Origin: an uncultured Parachlamydiaceae bacterium
Lineage (GTDB): Bacteria > Chlamydiota > Chlamydiia > Chlamydiales > Parachlamydiaceae
Direction: 5' to 3'
DNA: 64,000 nucleotides
Assembly: GCA_963742415.1 (NCBI GenBank)
Contig: CAVULX010000004.1
Location: 1,216,001-1,280,000, forward strand
Shown here piece after piece: positions 60,128 through 64,000 of this stretch. Under the pieces are notes generated by a model. The model saw only the letters and a program-made list of their open reading frames with translations. It had not been told where the DNA came from and did not search any database. The position numbers and the translations under genes are program-made. Position 1 is the first letter of the stretch. Every line of letters starts with the position of its first letter.

Positions 60128-60168
60128 GGTTTTAAATTCCTCCCATATAAAAGATAAAATTTTTCGTT

Positions 60169-60375
60169 TTATCTGTTTTTACAACGATTTTCTTTAATCA
60201 AATCGATAAACATCTCATAGAGTCTATCTGTTCTTTGTGACTGTTGAGTCATTTTTGCATCAAGGCTTTGTATTTGAAAATATAGAATACCAAAGCAAGC
60301 AATGACTGATGTTAAAATCGTTATCCATTCTATTATTACTGTTCTTTGAATATTCTTACTGTTTTCTTGATCCAT
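60169..60375 (-). CDS. Small single-TM coiled-coil protein
   Basis: 68 aa: TM helix, then QIQSLDAKMTQQSQRTDRLYEMFIDL. Confidence 0.6.
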   Translation of the reverse strand: MDQENSKNIQRTVIIEWITILTSVIACFGILYFQIQSLDAKMTQQSQRTDRLYEMFIDLIKENRCKNR

Positions 60376-60478
60376 AATCTTTTCAAATCTTTATTAATGC
60401 AATACTAGAAAAATCATAAAAAAATCTACCTTTAAATGCAAAGAAAATCTAATCTATACAAAAGTCAATATCACCTTT

Positions 60479-61201
60479 ATGCCGGCGGAACGCTATTACT
60501 ACCCTTCCTCACTTGCTGAATCGGAAGAGATCTCCCTTCAAGATCAAGAATTCCATCACCTCACCCGAGTCATGCGCGGCAAAATCGGCGATACCATCGA
60601 GCTCGTTAACGGACAAGGTGCTTTAGCCAAAGCCAAAATTAGGACCATCGAGAAACGGCAAGCCGTTCTGCATATTAAAAGCTGCCATCAAGACCCTCCT
60701 CCTTCTTACTCATTTATCCTTGCCCAGGCAATCCCAAAAATCAATCGTCTCGACTTCATTGTCGAAAAGGGAACCGAATTGGGGATGACACATCTTTGGT
60801 TATTCCCCGGGGAACTCAGTGAAAGAAAGATCATCTCAGAAAATCAACACCATCGTCTCCACTCCATCGCCATTTCAGCTATGAAACAATGTGGAAGCCT
60901 CTGGTTGCCGCAGATCGAAATTAAATCCCCTATACATGAATGGAAATCGGTGGATTGCCCTGCCTTTTTTGGCGATGTCAACCCTAACGCTGAACCTTTG
61001 ATAAAAGTTTTGTCTCGGCGTGATGCCGCAAAGAAGATGATTTTTTTCATCGGGCCCGAAAGCGGCTTTACTGACAGGGAAGAAAAAAAGCTCCGAGAAA
61101 TCGGAGCTTTAGGTGTGAAGCTGCATCCGAACATCCTTAGAACGGACACAGCTCCTATCGTCGCATTAGGGATTTTAACCCACTTAAACCTTTTCAAATA
61201 A
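60479..61201 (+). CDS. rsmE: 16S rRNA m3U1498 methyltransferase
   Basis: HHL.RVMR, EKGTELG, AMKQC, IGPESGF and ILRTDTA motifs. Confidence 0.95.
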   Translation: MPAERYYYPSSLAESEEISLQDQEFHHLTRVMRGKIGDTIELVNGQGALAKAKIRTIEKRQAVLHIKSCHQDPPPSYSFILAQAIPKINRLDFIVEKGTELGMTHLWLFPGELSERKIISENQHHRLHSIAISAMKQCGSLWLPQIEIKSPIHEWKSVDCPAFFGDVNPNAEPLIKVLSRRDAAKKMIFFIGPESGFTDREEKKLREIGALGVKLHPNILRTDTAPIVALGILTHLNLFK

Positions 61202-61209
61202 GCGAGTTA

Positions 61210-61779
61210 TTATACTCTCTTAAACAGATTAGCAATGTAATTGTATGAAGCCTTCGACAGCTCAAAAGCAACAGGATAAACCACATTTTTCAAGGCTGAT
61301 GAGAAAAATCGATAGCCTATCAGAGCACCTGAAAGAACCTCTGTTCCCAAAGTAGCTTTACTGAAGATGGAAAACCCGCTCTCAGTTGTTGATGTTGGAA
61401 TTTCTTCATCAAACTCATCTGTTTCATCTATTTCAACATCAGATTTTTCTTTTTTACCTACATTTGCATATTCATCAAGGTGTTTTGAGTATTTGTCTGC
61501 TTTATTAAACAATTGATTAGTTTTATTTTTTGAATTTAGATCTGAAGAGTAACTAGCCAACAGAGCAACACTGTATTTATTGAGATCAATTTTGTGGCCC
61601 CTAAAAGTTGTACCTCGCATTTCTGCAGACTCACCCTCTATTTTTTTAAGAAATTTTGCATCGCTTTTTTTTCGATCATTTCGAGATAATTTAAACTTTT
61701 TACCTTCAGTATGATTTTCATAGCGGTGTAAATCTCCTGTAGTAGCCACATCATACATACCCATATTATATATACCCAT
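61210..61779 (-). CDS. Hypothetical protein, charged, with a C-terminal hydrophobic segment
   Basis: 189-aa ORF, GGAG RBS, AT-rich upstream region. Confidence 0.7.
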   Translation of the reverse strand: MGIYNMGMYDVATTGDLHRYENHTEGKKFKLSRNDRKKSDAKFLKKIEGESAEMRGTTFRGHKIDLNKYSVALLASYSSDLNSKNKTNQLFNKADKYSKHLDEYANVGKKEKSDVEIDETDEFDEEIPTSTTESGFSIFSKATLGTEVLSGALIGYRFFSSALKNVVYPVAFELSKASYNYIANLFKRV

Positions 61780-62090
61780 ATTATAAACTCCATTTATTAT
61801 ATTAATATTATTTTTAAAATAATTATTATATTATCTTTTTATTTTTTTGTAAATAGAAAAAACCTTGATATTACTAAATTTGTAAAATAAATGCAAGAAA
61901 ATAGTTAATAAAACATAAACATTTTCTTAATGTTAGCTTTAAATAGGTAGAAACTTACTCGGAAATAGAAAAATAGCTTTTATTCAAATTCTAATTTTTT
62001 TTTGATGATCGTTGGAATGAAAAATTTCCTCAATTTTCTCATAAATCCTCAATGATCTCGCTGGCTCCTCCTAAATAACTAGGTACAGGA

Positions 62091-62248
62091 AAGAACAGGA
62101 TAAGCAAGATCGTAAACGGCAGGATAAGCAAGATATTGAATAAAGAGTAAGAACATGCGGATATGATTAAGTTAAGATTGTTCAAAAAAATCGTTTTGTC
62201 TTTTATCCTGCTTATCCTGCCGTTTACGATCTTGCTTATCCTGTTTTT
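62091..62248. repeat. Family B palindromic element downstream of pyk
   Basis: AACAGGATAAGCAAGATCGTAAACGGCAGGATAAGCA with inverted arm; loop homologous to the 57488 copy. Confidence 0.88.
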
Positions 62249-62305
62249 TTCTTCTCTGTGTCTTCTAGACTAACTTCTCTAAAGTTTTTACATTCTTACA
62301 AGACT

Positions 62306-64000
62306 TTACAAGACAATTCCCTTATAAACGAGCTTTTTTTCAGGATCGAGAGTCACAAGCTGCCCCTCTTTGAGAATGCGCATCGCGGCATCGGCGCGTA
62401 CAATGAACGGTTTCCCCAATTTTTTCCCAATTTCAATCAGGTATTTTTCCGATTCATTATCATCGATATGATTTTGGAGAACGACCGCTAAAGCTTCCTG
62501 AATCAAGGGCAGGTAAGATTCATCGCAGCGAGGAATTACGAGAATTTGGTCCCTTACTGTGTAAGTTTTAACAGATTCAGGGGAGAGCACAATGCTCACG
62601 TTGCTGTGCACCTTCTTCCCCTGCCCATATTCCCCTCTGACAAGGACTTCCCCAATATTTTCGACGATCATCATATTGGTCGTCCCTGCAAAGCCAAAAG
62701 GGGAACCCGCCGTGACTACTACGAGATCCCCATGTTCCACAATTTTATGGTCAAGAGCATAAGCGCTGATCTTTTCAAAAGCTTCCGAAATTGTTGTACA
62801 GGCATCTTTAAGGACTGGGATCACCCCCCAGTTAAAAGCCATTTGGTGATAACACTTTTCATTGGGGGTCATCGCTATGATCGGCATAGAGGGGCGCAGC
62901 CTTGAAAGAAGACGCGCTGTCGAGCCGCTGCTTGTAAAAGCAAAAATCGCTTTGGCATCGGAACTGTAGGCTGTTTTGACTGCAGCTAAAGTCAAAGCCG
63001 AAGGGACATCATGATACACTAGTTGGGAGTGTTGATCGAAGAAAATGCGGTAATTAAAATCCCCTTCAGAAGCTTTGATGATGCTTTGCATCACATTCAC
63101 TGTTTCAAGGGGATATTTCCCCACAGCAGTTTCCCCGGAAAGCATTACTGCAGAAGTGCTGTCATAGATCGCATTGGCGACATCGGAAACCTCTGCTCGG
63201 GTAGGCCTCGGATTTTTAATCATCGACTCAAGCATCTGCGTAGCGGTGACAGAAGGTTTTCCGGCCAAGTAACTTTTCCTGATCATCACTTTTTGCAACC
63301 TGGGCACTTCGCTCAAAGGAACTTCGACTCCTAAATCTCCACGGGCGATCATGACCCCATCGGCCGCTTGGACAATCCCATCAAAATTTTGAACGCCTTC
63401 ACTGTTTTCAATTTTAGCGATCACCAAAATATCTGATTTTTTTTCTTCGGTTAATAGCTTTTTTATGGCCAAGATATCTTCAGGAGTGCGCACAAAAGAA
63501 GCTGCTATAATGTCGACATCATGTTTGCAGCCAAAACGTATATCCTCTTCATCCCTTTTCGTCATCGAAGGGAGATCTAGATCTACGTTCGGAACATTGA
63601 CTCCCTTCCCGGATTTCAGAATCCCTTCGTTTTCCAATTCGATAAGAACCCCTTTTGGAGTGACTTCCAGCACATGAGAACCAATATAACCATCATCAAA
63701 TAAAACTCTGGCGCCAGGGGTTAATTGATTAAGAATGGAACTGGGCAAAATAGTCAAAAAATGATCATCCCCTTCCACCTCTTCCTTAACTAGAAGCAAC
63801 TGGTGCCCTGCATTAAGGGAAAGATGCCCCCCTTTAATTCTGCCGATCCGGACTTCAGGCCCTTTTGTATCGAGCATGATCGCCAAAGGGACTTTGAGCT
63901 CGGCCCGAGCTTCTTTGAGATAGTAAATGACCGTTTGATGGTGAACATGGGTTCCATGACTAAAGTTAAGGCGGGCCACATTCATGCCGCCCTTAATGAG
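62306..64000 (-). CDS. pyk: Pyruvate kinase with C-terminal PEP-utilising-type extension; 5' end lies outside the window
   Basis: MNVARLNFSHG, DTKGPE, AKIE, MIARGDLGVE, ATQMLESM and MLSGETA motifs. Confidence 0.97.
   Translation of the reverse strand, partial: LIKGGMNVARLNFSHGTHVHHQTVIYYLKEARAELKVPLAIMLDTKGPEVRIGRIKGGHLSLNAGHQLLLVKEEVEGDDHFLTILPSSILNQLTPGARVLFDDGYIGSHVLEVTPKGVLIELENEGILKSGKGVNVPNVDLDLPSMTKRDEEDIRFGCKHDVDIIAASFVRTPEDILAIKKLLTEEKKSDILVIAKIENSEGVQNFDGIVQAADGVMIARGDLGVEVPLSEVPRLQKVMIRKSYLAGKPSVTATQMLESMIKNPRPTRAEVSDVANAIYDSTSAVMLSGETAVGKYPLETVNVMQSIIKASEGDFNYRIFFDQHSQLVYHDVPSALTLAAVKTAYSSDAKAIFAFTSSGSTARLLSRLRPSMPIIAMTPNEKCYHQMAFNWGVIPVLKDACTTISEAFEKISAYALDHKIVEHGDLVVVTAGSPFGFAGTTNMMIVENIGEVLVRGEYGQGKKVHSNVSIVLSPESVKTYTVRDQILVIPRCDESYLPLIQEALAVVLQNHIDDNESEKYLIEIGKKLGKPFIVRADAAMRILKEGQLVTLDPEKKLVYKGIVL

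Overview
A 64-kb chromosomal segment of an environmental Chlamydiota bacterium (Parachlamydiales-like). The assignment rests on chlamydial gene order (rpe-efp-accB-accC; ybbR-dacA next to cydAB; VIT1-like gene plus heavy-metal ATPase; nusB-murB) and on eukaryote-like effector candidates. Housekeeping genes (large NAD-GDH, M16 and M18 peptidases, folP, folC, aconitase, ROK kinase, rsmE, pyk) alternate with AT-rich orphans: a 1850-aa coiled coil, an F-box protein, a Josephin-like Cys-His-Asp protein, a PEP-CTERM protein, a G1 glutamic peptidase and a secreted FAD oxidase. I found no tRNA, rRNA, CRISPR array or transposase. Main observations: (1) an unannotated His6 leader peptide with hairpins upstream of a polar amino-acid ABC operon, a candidate histidine attenuator; (2) several families of long palindromic intergenic elements with mirrored arm mutations, including one conserved shell that carries different cargos; (3) ubiquitin-system effector candidates; (4) apparent pseudo-enzymes (LuxC-like and kinase-like). 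All calls come from reading motifs by eye; no database search was run.
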